Shown here: in pieces, positions 1 through 12,319 of the stretch
How positions within the stretch are numbered: the first letter of the stretch is position 1
Layout of the letters: each line of letters starts with the position of its first letter
Source: Eledone cirrhosa
Lineage: Eukaryota
NCBI GenBank assembly: GCA_964016885.1
Contig: OZ024756.1
Location: 9,920,001 to 9,984,000, forward strand
DNA length: 64,000 bases
Direction: 5' to 3'
Notes under the pieces: model-generated
The model's database searches: none
What the model was told of the DNA's origin: nothing
What the model saw: the letters and a program-made list of their open reading frames with translations, nothing else
Program-made: the position numbers and the translations under genes

Positions 1-494
1 GAACCCTATGGATGAAAAACAGTAGCTTCTTTTCTCAGACTATAGGAGTATCTTACATAATTTTCTATGCTAATATTTATAGCAATCAACTGTGTTCACA
101 GTTATTTTCTACATTTGGGATTCCTAGATTTTCTAAGAATTTCAAAACTACTCAACATTCAGTTGTAATAGCAATAGGGATTATATACTGTTTACTATAG
201 AGAAAGAAAAAATTTAAATGGCAAAAGTCAAAGAACGGAAAGAGGTATCAGCAGGCTCTACAGCGTAAGTCTAGGTAGTATATCTTAGTGGGACACCACA
301 TACAAAATGAGAGAGAGAGAAAACAGCCAGCAACATCCGCTGCATCAGCTACTCCACCTAACTGGGGTTGTTGTGGCAATCATGCATTTACTCATGCAAC
401 ACACCAGGAAGATTAAAATCTGAAACTCAAGCCAGGGACATACTTTCTTCCACTGCACGGAAAATTTATTGCTTACATTATCAAGGTCGGTGGA

Positions 495-800
495 TTGACA
501 GAATCAATAAAGCATCAGACAACATGCTTCACAGCATAGAGTTACGTCCTTTTACGTTCTGAGTTCAAATCCAATTGAGGTTAGCTTTGCCTTGTACTGG
601 GGTCTATTTAATAGACTTTCCCTTCCCTCATTATTAGAGCAGTGGCCAACTGTTCAAATCCAGCCAAGGGCAAATTTGCCTTTCATCATTGAAGGGGCCA
701 ATAAAGTATCAGTAAAGTACTGTGGCTGGAGTCAGTATTATCAACTTTCATATCCCCCTTCCCCTCTAGTGATGGCCTTGTGCCTAAATCCCTAACCATT
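495..800 (+). mobile_element. Degenerate SINE-like repeats (family D), two partial copies
   Basis: Contains ttctgagttcaaatcc...gaggttagctttgcct (B-box-like GTTCAAATC) and ttcaaatccagccaagggcaaatttgcctttcatc...ataaagtatcagta, matching copies at 6.6, 9.5, 46.3 and 56.1 kb. Confidence 0.55.
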
Positions 801-1099
801 ATCATGAATGAGTGAGATGAAAGAGCAACACACTGGGATGGAAACTGAATCTTGGGTCACCAAAAGTTTACCTTCCCTCATCTGTAAGGTGTAGCTGGGG
901 TAGAAAGAGCTACCATCTACTTAAGTTGCTGTGAAGCAGCTGTGACTGGTAGGAAACTATTTAATGCTTGTTTGGTCCCCATAAATCATTCCCTTTGCCT
1001 GCCCTTCCATTCAATACCTCATTGACACTTTCAACTTTTCTACATTCTGACCTCTTTTTTCTTCTTCTTTGAATGAGATGAGAATTTTCTGGATTTATT

Positions 1100-1465
1100 T
1101 TGTGTGTGTGTGTGTGTGTGTGTGTGCGCGTGCGAATGTGAATAAGTGTATCTGTATGCACGCACAGACATATATATAATATGTATAATGTGTGTGTGTA
1201 TATGAATATTTGTGTATGTATGTATGTATATTTGTGTATATATATATATACAAAAGTATTTACGCAGACACACAGACACACACACACACACACACATGTG
1301 TGTGTGTGTATAAATATAGTGGTAATAATTTGGTAGAAATGTCCAAGGTACAGAGACCATAGGACTTGTTTAAATATAGTTATTAAAGCCAGTTACTAAA
1401 TGGAGCCACACACACACATATATATATGTATACACACACACACACACACACATATATATATGTAT

Positions 1466-1499
<34 letters not shown>

Positions 1500-1612
1500 G
1501 TATTTATGTATATATATCTATATATATATATACATATGTATGTATGTATGTATATGTATGTATGTATATATATGTATGTATATGTATGTATGTGTATGTA
1601 TATATATATATA
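1100..1612. repeat. Compound (TG)n/(CA)n/(TA)n/(TATG)n microsatellites
   Basis: Directly visible; explains the low-complexity ORFs here. Confidence 0.95.
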
Positions 1613-3462
1613 TTTATTAAAATAACAGATTAAAGTTTAAGCAAAGAATCGCTGCTTAACGGGATCTTCTGAAACTAACAAAGTCAATCTGTAAACGCAG
1701 AAGTGAATATTTCAAAAAACGTTGCAACCGGAGGAAGACAGGAAGACGATACTTTGGTTAGTGGAAACGTTCCCTGGCTAAGAATGGGAAAAAATGAATA
1801 AGATACGTCATTAATAGGAGCGGTGAAAAACAATTACGTGCAAAGACAGAACCACTTTTATGGTATAAAAGAAATCGTAGACTAATGTTCTCTTAGGTGG
1901 TTCATAGAGACGTTCTCTGGCAATGAACGGAAAAAACGAAGATAATACGTCATATGTGGAGTGTGGAGAACAATTGCACACAAAGACAAAACCACGTAAA
2001 TGGTATAGCAGAAGTCGTAGACTAAAATTCTAACTAGGAGACCGAATGATTCTCGGCTTCAGAGTTAAGAATAAAGTAAATAAAATACAGAGGTAATTGA
2101 AATTAAATAAATACATACATGCATCCATATACGTACATACACAAGCATATGCGAAAAACTCGCCATAGGTATACAAATACACGCACATATAAATATGTGT
2201 GTGTGTGTGCGCGTATACAAATAATTAAATAAATGTATATAAATAAATAAATACGTATATAACAAGCGCACACACATACCTACATGTAAATACACATATG
2301 TTCAGAGACGAACGTCAACCAAAACGCGAAGTACACATATACACACACCCTACATACGTACGAACCCGCATACACACACAGACGCAAAACTCACGTATAC
2401 ACATAACCAAAAGCATATCTACCAATATATATATGCCATAACATATACAATCAAAAATACGTACGAGAAAGTATACGTACCTTCACAAAACATACAGGTA
2501 GTATATACTTACCTATGCAAATAAGTAATGGTATAAACAAAACATATACTTAGCTACCACATCAAGACGTAAAATATACACGTATAGATCGTACTATCCG
2601 TTAGGGTATAATGTGGGGCTGTAATACAGGAAAGTTTTGTGCAATTTATGTTTACAAGCCAAAATTGCCTCAGATTTTTTGTTTAAGATGTGGTCTGTGG
2701 CGTAGAGTATTTCCAGGGCCTCAGCGACGCAGAGGTCACATGGTCTTTTATTTCCGTTAAACGATCTAGCCCTAGCTAGGATCTCTCAGTGTAACTTATA
2801 TTGGGTGTGGTTGTCTTTTAGACTCCAGATATAAGCTGAAAGTGACGTCATATTCCTTCTAAGAGGGTAACGAAAAGAATGGGTATGCATGTAAAGACGC
2901 TGCTTGAATCAATTGGCGGTTAACCCTATGTAGGCCCTATGGGACGTGGGTGTTTCAACCTTACATTTAGACAATGTTACTAGAGAGGTATTTCCCGGAT
3001 AGGGGGCAATCAACCCGATTCCTACAATTACAGTTAGTACTAACTACAGGGTTGCACGTGTTCCTACGGCTTGGTAGTTTAGCTAAATTTGAAGCTGTGA
3101 TGTTATGTGCAAGGTTAGGAGTCGTAGAGTAAGAAATTTTAATACTATTTCTATTAAAAATTTTACTATATTTATGTGTAGGAGGAAAATGCTTCGTAAT
3201 AAGGGAAAGAAAGATCTTAGCTAATGGTGTGGCCACCTCCATTTTATATAGTGGGTTATACCATATAATGCGTCGGGATCTATTTCTTCTAGGTCTATTC
3301 TCGTACTCTGTATATGCTACCTTATCAACAAATCCACTCCGAGCAAGAGCTTCATTGTAATATGTGGAATAGTCGTTGAAGATATGCTCGTTAGTAGATA
3401 GACGGGAAAGCCTCAACGAAACGTTTCTTTGGATTTTAGACTTCAAATTTATTATTATTACT
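1612..3462 (-). mobile_element. 5'-truncated Penelope-like element (GIY-YIG end plus about 1 kb 3' pLTR), with a short plus-strand tail at 3428-3462
   Basis: ORF 2967-3491(-) has RRIIWYNPLY...KIFNRNSIKISYSTTPN...CNCRNRVDCPL. Downstream minus sequence encodes AYIGLTAN and CDLC. Homologous throughout to 42225-44070. Flanked by (TA)n. Confidence 0.9.
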
Positions 3463-3484
3463 ATATATATATATATATATGACA

Positions 3485-3761
3485 GAGGCACATGGCTTAG
3501 TGGTTAGAGCATTGGCCTTGCAATTGAAAGGTTGTGAGTTCAATTCTCAGACCGGGTGATGTGTTGTTTCCTTGAGCAAGACACTTTATTTCACATTGCT
3601 CCAGTTTACTCAGCTGTAGAAATGAGATGATAGGGACTGGGATCCCTATCATTCCCCTGCAAAGTGGTCGTGGAGGTGCCACGGCAAAAAAGCACCCAGC
3701 ACTCACTGTAAATGAGGTTGGTGTTAGGAAGGGCATCCAGCTGTAGAAATCAAGCCAGAAT
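3485..3761 (+). mobile_element. tRNA-headed SINE (family A), lacking its own tail and fused to an RTE fragment
   Basis: A-box-like tggcttagtggt, B-box-like gagttcaattc, ccttgagcaagacactt body; near-identical to five other copies in the window. Confidence 0.85.
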
Positions 3762-4520
3762 CAAGAGATGTAGTGGGATAGCAGGCAAACTAACAGGTAG
3801 GGAAAACTATGTATGCAGTCGATGTATAGGGAAAGTTGGCAGTAGTAATCACAGTGATAGACACATTTTTCCAATGCAGGTGGGTTCTATAGAAGTGGTT
3901 GATAGCTTCCGGTACCTAGGTGATCAGATTAGCATGGGAGGAGGGTGTTCCGAGGCCATAGTATCTAGAATAAGGACGGGTTGGAAGAAGTTTAGGGAGC
4001 TGCTTCCTCTGTAGACAAAGAATTGTTTCTCTCTGCATACGAAAGGATGGTTATATGATGCCTGTGTGAGATGCGCGATGCTGCATGGTAGTGAGACATG
4101 GGCAGCAACTGCAGAGGATGTGAGACGGCTGGAGAGAAATGAAGCAAGTATGCTCCGTTGGATGTGCAATGTCAATGTGCGTGAATGACCAAGCATAGAC
4201 GAGTTGAGAAAGAAACTGGGTATGAGAGGGATAAGTTGTAGTGTGCAGGAGAGAAGGCTGAGATGGTATGGACATGTGATGCGCATGGAGGATGACCGCT
4301 GGGTAAAGAAGTGCCAAGAAATCCCAGTAGAAGGAAGATGTGGTAGAGGTAGACCATGAAAAACATGGGTGGAGGTGGTGAGAACAGACCTCAGATAGCT
4401 GAAACTCAAGGGGTAGATGACGAAGGACCGTGACAAGTGGAGAGATGCTGTGCTGAATAAGACCCGTCCCACCCTTGCAAGCAGGGAAAAGCGGACATAA
4501 AATGATGATGATGATGATAT
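3762..4520 (+). mobile_element. RTE LINE family A, 3' fragment with (GAT)n tail
   Basis: Encodes IEVVDSFRYLGD...WKKFRELLPL, MLHGSETW and RLRWYGHVMR with stops; ends gcaagcagggaaaagcggacataaaatgatgatg. Confidence 0.92.
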
Positions 4521-4528
4521 ATATGTAT

Positions 4529-4572
<44 letters not shown>

Positions 4573-4980
4573 ATATATATATATATGTATGTGTGTATAT
4601 ATACATATGTATGTGTGTATATATATATATATGTATGAGTGTATATATATGTATGTGTGTATATATACATATGTATGTGTGTGTATATACATGTGTATAT
4701 ATATATGTATGTGTGTATAGTGTGTATATATACATATGTATGTGTGTATATATACATATGTATGTGTGTATATATACATATGTATGTGTGTATATATACA
4801 TATGTATGTGTGTATATATACATATGTATGTGTGTATATATATATATGTATGTGTGTATATATGTATATATATATATGTATGTGTGTATATATATATATG
4901 TATGAGTGTATATATATGTATGTGTGTATATATACATATGTATGTGTGTATATATATATATATGTGTGTGTGTATATATA

Positions 4981-5881
4981 CAGGGTGTTCGGGATAAATT
5001 TGACAGTTTCATCAGGAAAAAGAAAAAGTGCTTGGTATCTACAAAATTTATTTGGTTTAAAAGAAATTCAATGGAGAAGGAAATTACACTATTGTCAAAG
5101 AGTTTTACTCAAAATAACCTCCATTAGCGTCTATTACAGCCTCAATCCGGGCCCGGAACCTAGAGCAAGCTGATTTTACACTTTGCCTGGGAAGGCCCTC
5201 AAAAACTACTTTAATTCTGTCGATTAACTGGGCTTTTGTAGTACTGGCACGGCGATTGGTGTCTTTCTCTACAGCGCCCCATACATAATAGTCCATCGGG
5301 TTAAGATCAGGGGAGTTCGGAGGCCAAACATTGGGACTGGTGTAGTCGTAAAACTTGGCTGACAACCATTTTTTACTTTTCCCCGAGGTGTAGCAGGGGG
5401 CCGAATCCAGCTGCCATACATACGGCCTATTATTGGCTACCCTTGTTATCCAGGGCTTCAATTCATGCGACAAAGACCGAATTCCGATGCCAGGGTCCTC
5501 CAACACTTTTTTCTGCAGATTTTCGAGGAATTCTGCTGTGCGAGAGCAATCAGATCTTCTGTTATGTTTCTTTCTTCTAGCCACAGCCTCGTAGTCTCCA
5601 TTGCAATTCTCCAGTTCATGCTGGATTGTTTTTACAGTGTTCAGGGAGCATTGAGCAGCGACCATAATCTCCTTATTTTGATGGCCGGCGCGAATCATCA
5701 TGATACAAGTTATTCTCTTCCATGATTCAGGTGGCTCCCAGTCATCCATTCTCGTTGTCATCACATATATGAATGAAGGAGGGTTTAAACTTTCAAATAA
5801 AGCCTAGTGGGCATGAATGAATTTAAAACATCTGAAAAAACAACCAAATATTATTCTGTCAAATTTATCCCGAATACCCTG
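4981..5881 (-). mobile_element. Tc1/mariner DNA transposon, DD37D (maT-type), internally deleted
   Basis: 26-bp TIRs cagggtgttcgggataaatttgacag / ctgtcaaatttatcccgaataccctg (1 mismatch), flanked by TA; transposase ORF inside. Confidence 0.92.
5105..5764 (-). pseudogene. Transposase with in-frame internal deletion
   Basis: WQLDSAPCYT...WPPNSPDLNPMDYYVW has 37 residues between the second and third catalytic D. The first catalytic D region is missing (219 aa only). Confidence 0.85.
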
Positions 5882-5915
5882 TACATATGTATGTGTGTAT
5901 ATATATATGTATGTG

Positions 5916-6083
5916 TAAAGACTTTATCTTACATATCTCACATACTATCGAAGCTATGAGATTTTGTGGTTATTTATTTTGAGAACAATACCTTAACATC
6001 AGTATGAGTGGCTGGGTACAGTCGGTTTAAACAGAAAGAGGTGAGAGAATTCCGGCTGGTTATAGTTAGTTTAAATGGGTTAC
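5916..6083. mobile_element. Partial TTAA-type MITE (same family as 58324-58543 and 12320-15098)
   Basis: Shares ctatgagatttt...ttttgagaacaataccttaa...ggtttaaacagaaagaggtgagagaattc. Confidence 0.7.
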
Positions 6084-6604
6084 GGTAGTTCTCAGGGAAA
6101 TTCAACATGAATAGGGGACAAGGCTAACCCCTTGACTTACAATGTGAGATGAGGCTGGCCCCAGTCCAGGAATTCAACTCAAGGTCTTACTATTGTGGAC
6201 TAAACAGCTTCACCAATCAGCTACACACCTTGGAAAGTTCAGTAAATACATACTACCAGGTCCTCCCACCTACCTTACCACCACCACTGTCCATTCAGTT
6301 TTAAAATTCCCCTGTCCCAGCTCATTTAGCTTTCATGACCCCCGTTTATTAAATTTAGGTAATCTCCTGTGAAATTTTATTTTAAGTGGTAGCATTCCTG
6401 CAACAATTAATTTTCTTTAGACATGACAAAGAAAGTACAATATTAGAAATCGCACATGTTATAAAGTAAATAGGATGGGTTGGGGCTCTCTATATGTAAA
6501 CTAAACAACTAATTCTGGTTTTTAAAAAAAATCAAGAGAAACGTACAAAAATTACACCCACCCCCCACCCCACCCATCCCATCCCCGTCGCTTATTCTAA
6601 TCGC

Positions 6605-6815
6605 TCCCTGTGTCATCAGTAGAGCGCCAGGCACCATGCTTTGCAGCATACAGCTCTTTATGTTCTCAGTTCAAATCCCGCCAAGGTTAACTTTGCCTTT
6701 CATCCTTCCGGGGTCAATAAAATAAAGTACCAGTAATGCACTAGGGTCGATTTAATTGACTTTCCCCTCCCCCTTCAAATTGCTGGCCTTGTGCCGAATG
6801 TGGAAACAATTATTT
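6605..6815 (+). mobile_element. SINE-like family D copy
   Basis: gttcaaatcccgccaaggttaactttgcctttcatccttccggggtcaataaaataaagtaccag...aaacaattatt. Confidence 0.7.
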
Positions 6816-7147
6816 GGGAGCCTGAGAGTATGTAGAGGGCTGTACATCTGTTGACATAGAAATCTAGAATTCTGTTGGAATTCCATAAATCAGAGATGTC
6901 ACCTGACATAAGATGGGGTCTATTGTTCACTTATTGTTCTCATTCAGCATTTCAAATGTCTGTTCATTAGAGCAATAGAGCAGCCATGACAGACTTAACT
7001 AGGGACCTCATACATCTGTCAGTTGACAGAAATAGCAGCCAAATCTTCCTCAATTCATACAGACATAGCTCAACTGGGACCTCCTACATCGGTTAGTTGA
7101 CATATTAGAAATAGCAGCCAAGTTTCCCTCTATATATTTCTATCAAG

Positions 7148-7720
7148 TGAAGGTGCATGGCTTAGTGTTGGGCTTACAATCACGAGGTTGTGAGTTCGTT
7201 GATTCTCGGACCGGGTGATGTGTTGTGTTCTTGAGCAAGACACTTTATTTCACGTTGCTCCAGTTTACTCAGCTGTAGAAATGAGTTGTGACGTCACTGG
7301 TGCCAAGCTGTATCGGCCATAACCTTTCTCTTGGACAACATCATATCTGGTGTATATATAATGTATATATATAATGCATATATATAATGTATATACAGTG
7401 TATATATGAGTTGTGACGTCACTGGTGTCAAGCTGTATCAGCCATTACCTTTCCCTTGGACAACATCATATCTGGTGTATATATAATGTATATATATATA
7501 ATGTATATACAGTGTATATATGAGTTGTGACGTCACTGGTGTCAAGCTGTATTGGTCATTACCTTTCCCTTGGACAACATCAGTGGTGTGGAGAGGGGAG
7601 ACTGGTATTCATGGGTGACTGCTGGTCTTCCACAAACAAACTTACCCAGACTTGTGCCTCGGAGGGGAACTTTCTAGGTGAAATCCCTTGGTCATTCTTG
7701 ACCAAAGGGGGTGTTTACCC
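7148..7720 (+). mobile_element. tRNA-headed SINE (family-A-like head, different body) with an internal imperfect triplication of about 115-125 bp
   Basis: Head tggcttagtg...gagttcg...cttgagcaagacactt; gagttgtgacgtcactgg recurs at 7283, 7408 and 7522. Confidence 0.7.
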
Positions 7721-7767
7721 TTTATATATATATATATAGATATAGATATGTGTATATATATATATAG

Positions 7768-7800
<33 letters not shown>

Positions 7801-7804
7801 ATAT

Positions 7805-8146
7805 CATCATCATCATCATCATTATTTTACGTCCACTTTTCCCTGCTTGCAAGGGTGGGACGGGAACTGATTCTGGCTTGATTTCTACAGCTGGATGCCC
7901 TTCCTAACACCAACCTCATTTACAGTGAGTGCTGGGTGGTTTTTGCCGTGGCACCTCCACGACCACTTTGCAGTGGAATGATAGGGACCCCAGTCCCTAT
8001 CATCTCATTTCTACAGCTGAGTAAACTGGAGCAATGTGAAATAAAGTGTCTTGCTCAAGGAAACAACACATCACCCGGTCTGAGAATTGAACTCACAACC
8101 TTTCGATTGCAAGGCCAATGCTCTAACCATTAAGCCATGTGCTTCC
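7805..8146 (-). mobile_element. SINE family A, full length with RTE-type 3' tail
   Basis: Reverse complement runs from the tRNA-like head to cccgtcccacccttgcaagcagggaaaagtggacgtaaaa(tga)n. Confidence 0.9.
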
Positions 8147-8149
8147 ATA

Positions 8150-8460
8150 TAAGCAGAAGGGATATTTAATTTGTTGGTAATTCAACAAATATAAATGTTT
8201 ATAACTGATTCAGAGCACTCGACAGATTTCTGGAGTAAACATTCAATGATATTAAATAAATGGAAACTATATTTATAAAACTGTATTTATTCTATTATAT
8301 ATATTTCAAGGGTACCAAAAACTTTGGTACGCTTTCATCAGATAAAATACAAAGTGTGTTTTATAAATTTTGACATATCCAAGGAGAATATACCTTAACG
8401 GTTCAATTTTTCCAAGGAAACCAAGGAAAACTTGAACCGTTAAGGTATTTTTATAAATAT
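8150..8460 (-). mobile_element. PLE-like terminus (pLTR remnant) carrying a hammerhead
   Basis: Homologous to 34970-35160 in the opposite orientation; contains the hammerhead motif. Confidence 0.65.
8288..8349 (-). ncRNA. Minimal type-I hammerhead ribozyme motif
   Basis: Minus strand: tattttat CTGATGA aagcgtaccaa agttt ttggtaccctt GAA at atat at A atagaata. Stems I-III all pair; AUA site; palindromic stem III. Confidence 0.8.
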
Positions 8461-8469
8461 ATATATATA

Positions 8470-8728
8470 AAACAAATGAGATCGTGTAGGTGTCACGACA
8501 AAAAAAAAACACAGTCCACGCTGCAATGTGGCCGTGTAGGCAACACGGTAAAAACCTCCCAGTCCCACACTGTAAATGTGGTTGGTGTTAGGCAGGGCAT
8601 CCAGCTGTAGAAAACCCGCCAGACAGTCCTATGCGAGCAAGACAACCACTCTTGCCTCAAGTGGGAAAACTCCCGTCCAAACCCATGCAAGCGTGGAACA
8701 TGGACGTTAAACGATGATGATGATGATG
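8470..8728 (+). mobile_element. RTE family B 3' UTR fragment with (GAT)n tail
   Basis: Nearly identical to parts of 33245-33620. Confidence 0.8.
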
Positions 8729-9049
8729 TTGGTAGAAGTGATAATGGTGTGACAGGTGTCGTTATAATGGCAGTTGGTGATAGTCTTGTTGTTATGTAGT
8801 CTCTACGTTTACCTGATCTAACAGGATCAGGTCAAAGGTATTCCAGTATGACGTGACCTCTCACCTGACCAAAGGTATTCCAGTATGACATGACCTCTAA
8901 CCTGGTATTCCAGTATGCCCGTGTCCTCTCACCTGGTATTCCACTATGATGTGTCCAGAATCACAACCATGTGTCCTTCTTTTTGGAGATGGGAGGTTAA
9001 GATTTGAACAAGATTTACTTGTTGTCTTTAGCAGATCAAAACATTGTTA

Positions 9050-9325
9050 GCTTGGTGGTGATGGTGGTGGTGGTGGCAGTGATTGGTGTGGTGATGTTAG
9101 TGACACTGTTGGTGGTGGTGGTGGTAGTGAGGTGGTGGTGGTGTTGGGAGTGATTGGTGTGGTGATGTTAGTGACACTGTTGGTGGTGGTGGTGGTGTTG
9201 GGAGTGATTGGTGTGGTGATGGTGGTGGTGATGTTAGTGACACTGGTGGTGGTGGTGGTTGTAGTGAGGTGGTGGTGGTGGTGATGTTGGCAGTGATTGT
9301 TGTTGTTGTGGTGATGGTGGTGGTA
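9050..9325. repeat. (GGT)n-rich degenerate repeat
   Basis: Directly visible. Confidence 0.9.
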
Positions 9326-9664
9326 GGGGGTGGAAAGTCTTAAAGGAAGCAAAAGGGGTGTAATGTAGGTCAGTTGTCATAGTAACTATTTGTAAAGGGA
9401 CAGGTTGTTCCTTGCCTCTCCCCCCACCCCAGCCTCTCCTCCCACCCCATCCTCAACCAATCTCCGCCCCTTAAGTTGCTTTCTTTTCAATCCAATATTT
9501 TTATTATAATTATTGGCAGTATCCAAAGATGTCAGACACCATGCTTAGCAGTATAGAGTTACGTCCCTTTATATTCTGAGTTCAAATCCCGCCGAGGTTA
9601 GCTTTGTCTTTCATCCTTACGTGGAGTCTATAAAATAAAGAACCTGGCCACAAATCCCGGTATC

Positions 9665-10060
9665 ATGACCCCGCCATGTAGAGGAAAGAAAGATAAACAA
9701 ATAACGGAGATTGTCCGGCCACTTCCCCTTCAGACCAGTCACCGTCGAAACCTCAGGGGTACTCGGACCCCCGTACTGTCGAGCTCCCCCGCAAGATCAG
9801 AACGGTGGCGGCCTGTATGAGGAAGGAGCCATGCGAGGTGGGGTGGCTGTTGTAGCGGGTGTCGCTGGCCATTGTCTACGGGAATGCTTTTGTGGTCTTG
9901 TCCGCAGGGCCCAGTCACTTTACCACCGTGCCCCAGGCCCAGAGCCCAATCACCCTCACCTCCCCATGACAATAGAGTCCCTGCAATTCCATTCCTTTTC
10001 CGTTTTTTTCTCTTTTTTCTTCTTATTCTACATCCCATTCTTCTCAATCTTTATTTACCT
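9665..10060 (+). mobile_element. 3' fragment of an RLE-type (CRE-like) non-LTR retrotransposon, interrupting a family-D SINE
   Basis: RRLSGHFPFRPVTVETSGVLGP then, in a shifted frame, WLL*RVSLAIVYGNAFVVL. These resemble the PxxxETxG and RLSxAIQRGNA C-terminal motifs of CRE-clade elements. Confidence 0.6.
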
Positions 10061-10604
10061 GATCATCATCATCATCATCATCATTGTTTAATGTCTATCT
10101 TCCACGCTAGCATGGGTTAGATGATATATTCCCTAAAATGTTGATAAATCAGTAACACTGGGGTTGATTTAATTAACTTTCCCTCAAATTGCTGGCCTTC
10201 TGCCAAATGTTGAAACAATTATTAAACATTTCTGGTTCTTATTTATGTTTGGGTTTCTAATTACCTCTCTAAGCCAGCAATTTGTGAAGAGGGAGGGAAA
10301 GTCTATTACATTGACCACCCCCCTCTTCCCTAGTAGTTGACTGGTACTTTATTTACCCCCCACCTCCGAAGGGGGAGAGGCAAATCAAGGGTCATTGAAA
10401 GAAATAATAATTATATTGAAGCATCACATCCCTACCCTGACCCTATACCCCTTACACCGACTCCACCTGGCACCCCCACCACCCCTCCCTGAATATTTTT
10501 ATTTTCAATTAGAATGAATAAATGTCAGCTATTTAGTGAAGCAGGAACAGATAGACGAAGGTTGTAGATTATGAGTGGATATATATGTGTGTGTATATAT
10601 GTAT

Positions 10605-11188
10605 ATACCAGCTGGTAACATGTATCCCAGTACAACCTGTCCCATGGTTGGCGACTAAACTGGCAACCCCACCAAGGTTTCTTGGTGGAGGGTGACTTTG
10701 GACATCCTGCAGGACTAAAAACAAAACCTGTCAAAGGGCAAAGGAACTCTTAAGAGTCAATGGCCATCTAAAATCACCGGGAGAGATGACCCCTTAGCCT
10801 TTGTCAAGGCAGAATTCTAGGAGAAGGAAAACTATGATATAAGACCTGCAACTCTGATGGTATCCAATGATGTTGACTTGTTCTTCTTTTTGGTAAATAT
10901 CTTGGTTAAGAGAGTGGGACTGGCTTTGTGCAGTGCCTTTGCTCACTATAAAAGCTTCATGGCACAGGCATTGATCTATATCTGGAGATCTCTCTGCACT
11001 TGTCGTCACATGGTACCATGGGCCCAGCTCTGTGTGTCAATAATTGTCACAAGTGTAGTGTTTGTACCAGAGTTTTCAAGTCGCTGGCTGGACTAAAAAG
11101 TCACACTCGTTCAGCGCATCGGTAGGGGTTCTCCTACATGGATATAAAGTAGTGGCCGTACTCGAAAACGAGTTGGCAGCCACCACCA
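10605..11188. repeat. Unclassified interspersed repeat of about 600 bp (inverted copy at 60960-61550)
   Basis: High identity to the reverse complement of 60960-61550; short pieces at 56020-56063; both copies abut (TA)n. Confidence 0.8.
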
Positions 11189-11253
11189 TATATATATATA
11201 TATATATATAAGGTTGTAGATTATGACTGGATATATATGTGTATATATATGTA

Positions 11254-11635
11254 TCATCATCATCATCATCACCGTTTTACGTCAGTTCATCCACGCTAGC
11301 ATGGGTTAGACGGGTTGTCCTGTTGTGGACAGTGTCTGGTCGGCTGACCATGCCTTGCTCATACAGGAACTGATTTGGCTTGATTTCTACAGCTGGATGC
11401 CCTTCCTAACACCAACCTCATTTACAGTGAGTGCTGGGTGCTTTTTCGTGGCGCCTACACGTCCGTTTTACAGTGTGGGCTGGGTGCTTTTTTGCCGTGG
11501 CACCTCCACGACCACCTTGCGGTGGGGGGGGGGGGGGCATATTGTCTATATGCTTCAGCTTATACCCATGGGAGGTCGGGTACTCTGTATTACTGCGTGG
11601 CGCCAGAGGTCACGGTTGTGTGTCATCGCCTTTGA
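11254..11635 (-). mobile_element. Non-autonomous RTE-related retroposon fragment
   Basis: (CAT)n tail, ccacgctagcatgggtt end and the ctacagctggatgcccttcctaacacc module. Confidence 0.6.
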
Positions 11636-11736
<101 letters not shown>

Positions 11737-11759
11737 TGTAGTGGATATATATGTGTATA

Positions 11760-11791
<32 letters not shown>

Positions 11792-11826
11792 AGGTTGTAG
11801 ATTATGACTGGATATATATGTGTATA

Positions 11827-11857
<31 letters not shown>

Positions 11858-12319
11858 GGTTGTAGATTATGACTGGATATATATGTATATATATATATAT
11901 TCATTTTATTAAAGCTGTACAGTGAGTCTTGTTAGTCTGGAGTTTTGTCTGTTTATCACAGGGTCATCTACAAGTAGAGTTCTTATCAAATGACCCTGTA
12001 AAACTCCTGACTAACAATATTAAAACTCTACTTGGGTATTGAGTACTCCTATATAAAAGATTCCAGGATGGTGTGCTGCAGCAATAATACCTATGTCACG
12101 GGGCCATCTCCGAATCAAATGGTTTTTCTATATTTTCTCGTGTTTGACAGGATGGTGTGTGACCCATGTTTCACAGACAGATGCTCTTCTTGATGCCAAC
12201 CATCTTGGTCTAACCCCCTTCTAGGTAGTATCCCATTCTGGCTACTGTCCAGTGATTGTGTGTCACAGACTATAACTTTATGTTTGTTTATTGGTGTCAC
12301 TGGAAAGAACTCCATTAAC

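Noticed and set aside
3485-3560. tRNA genes
   Set aside because: A/B-box heads continue into SINE bodies and no full cloverleaf is evident
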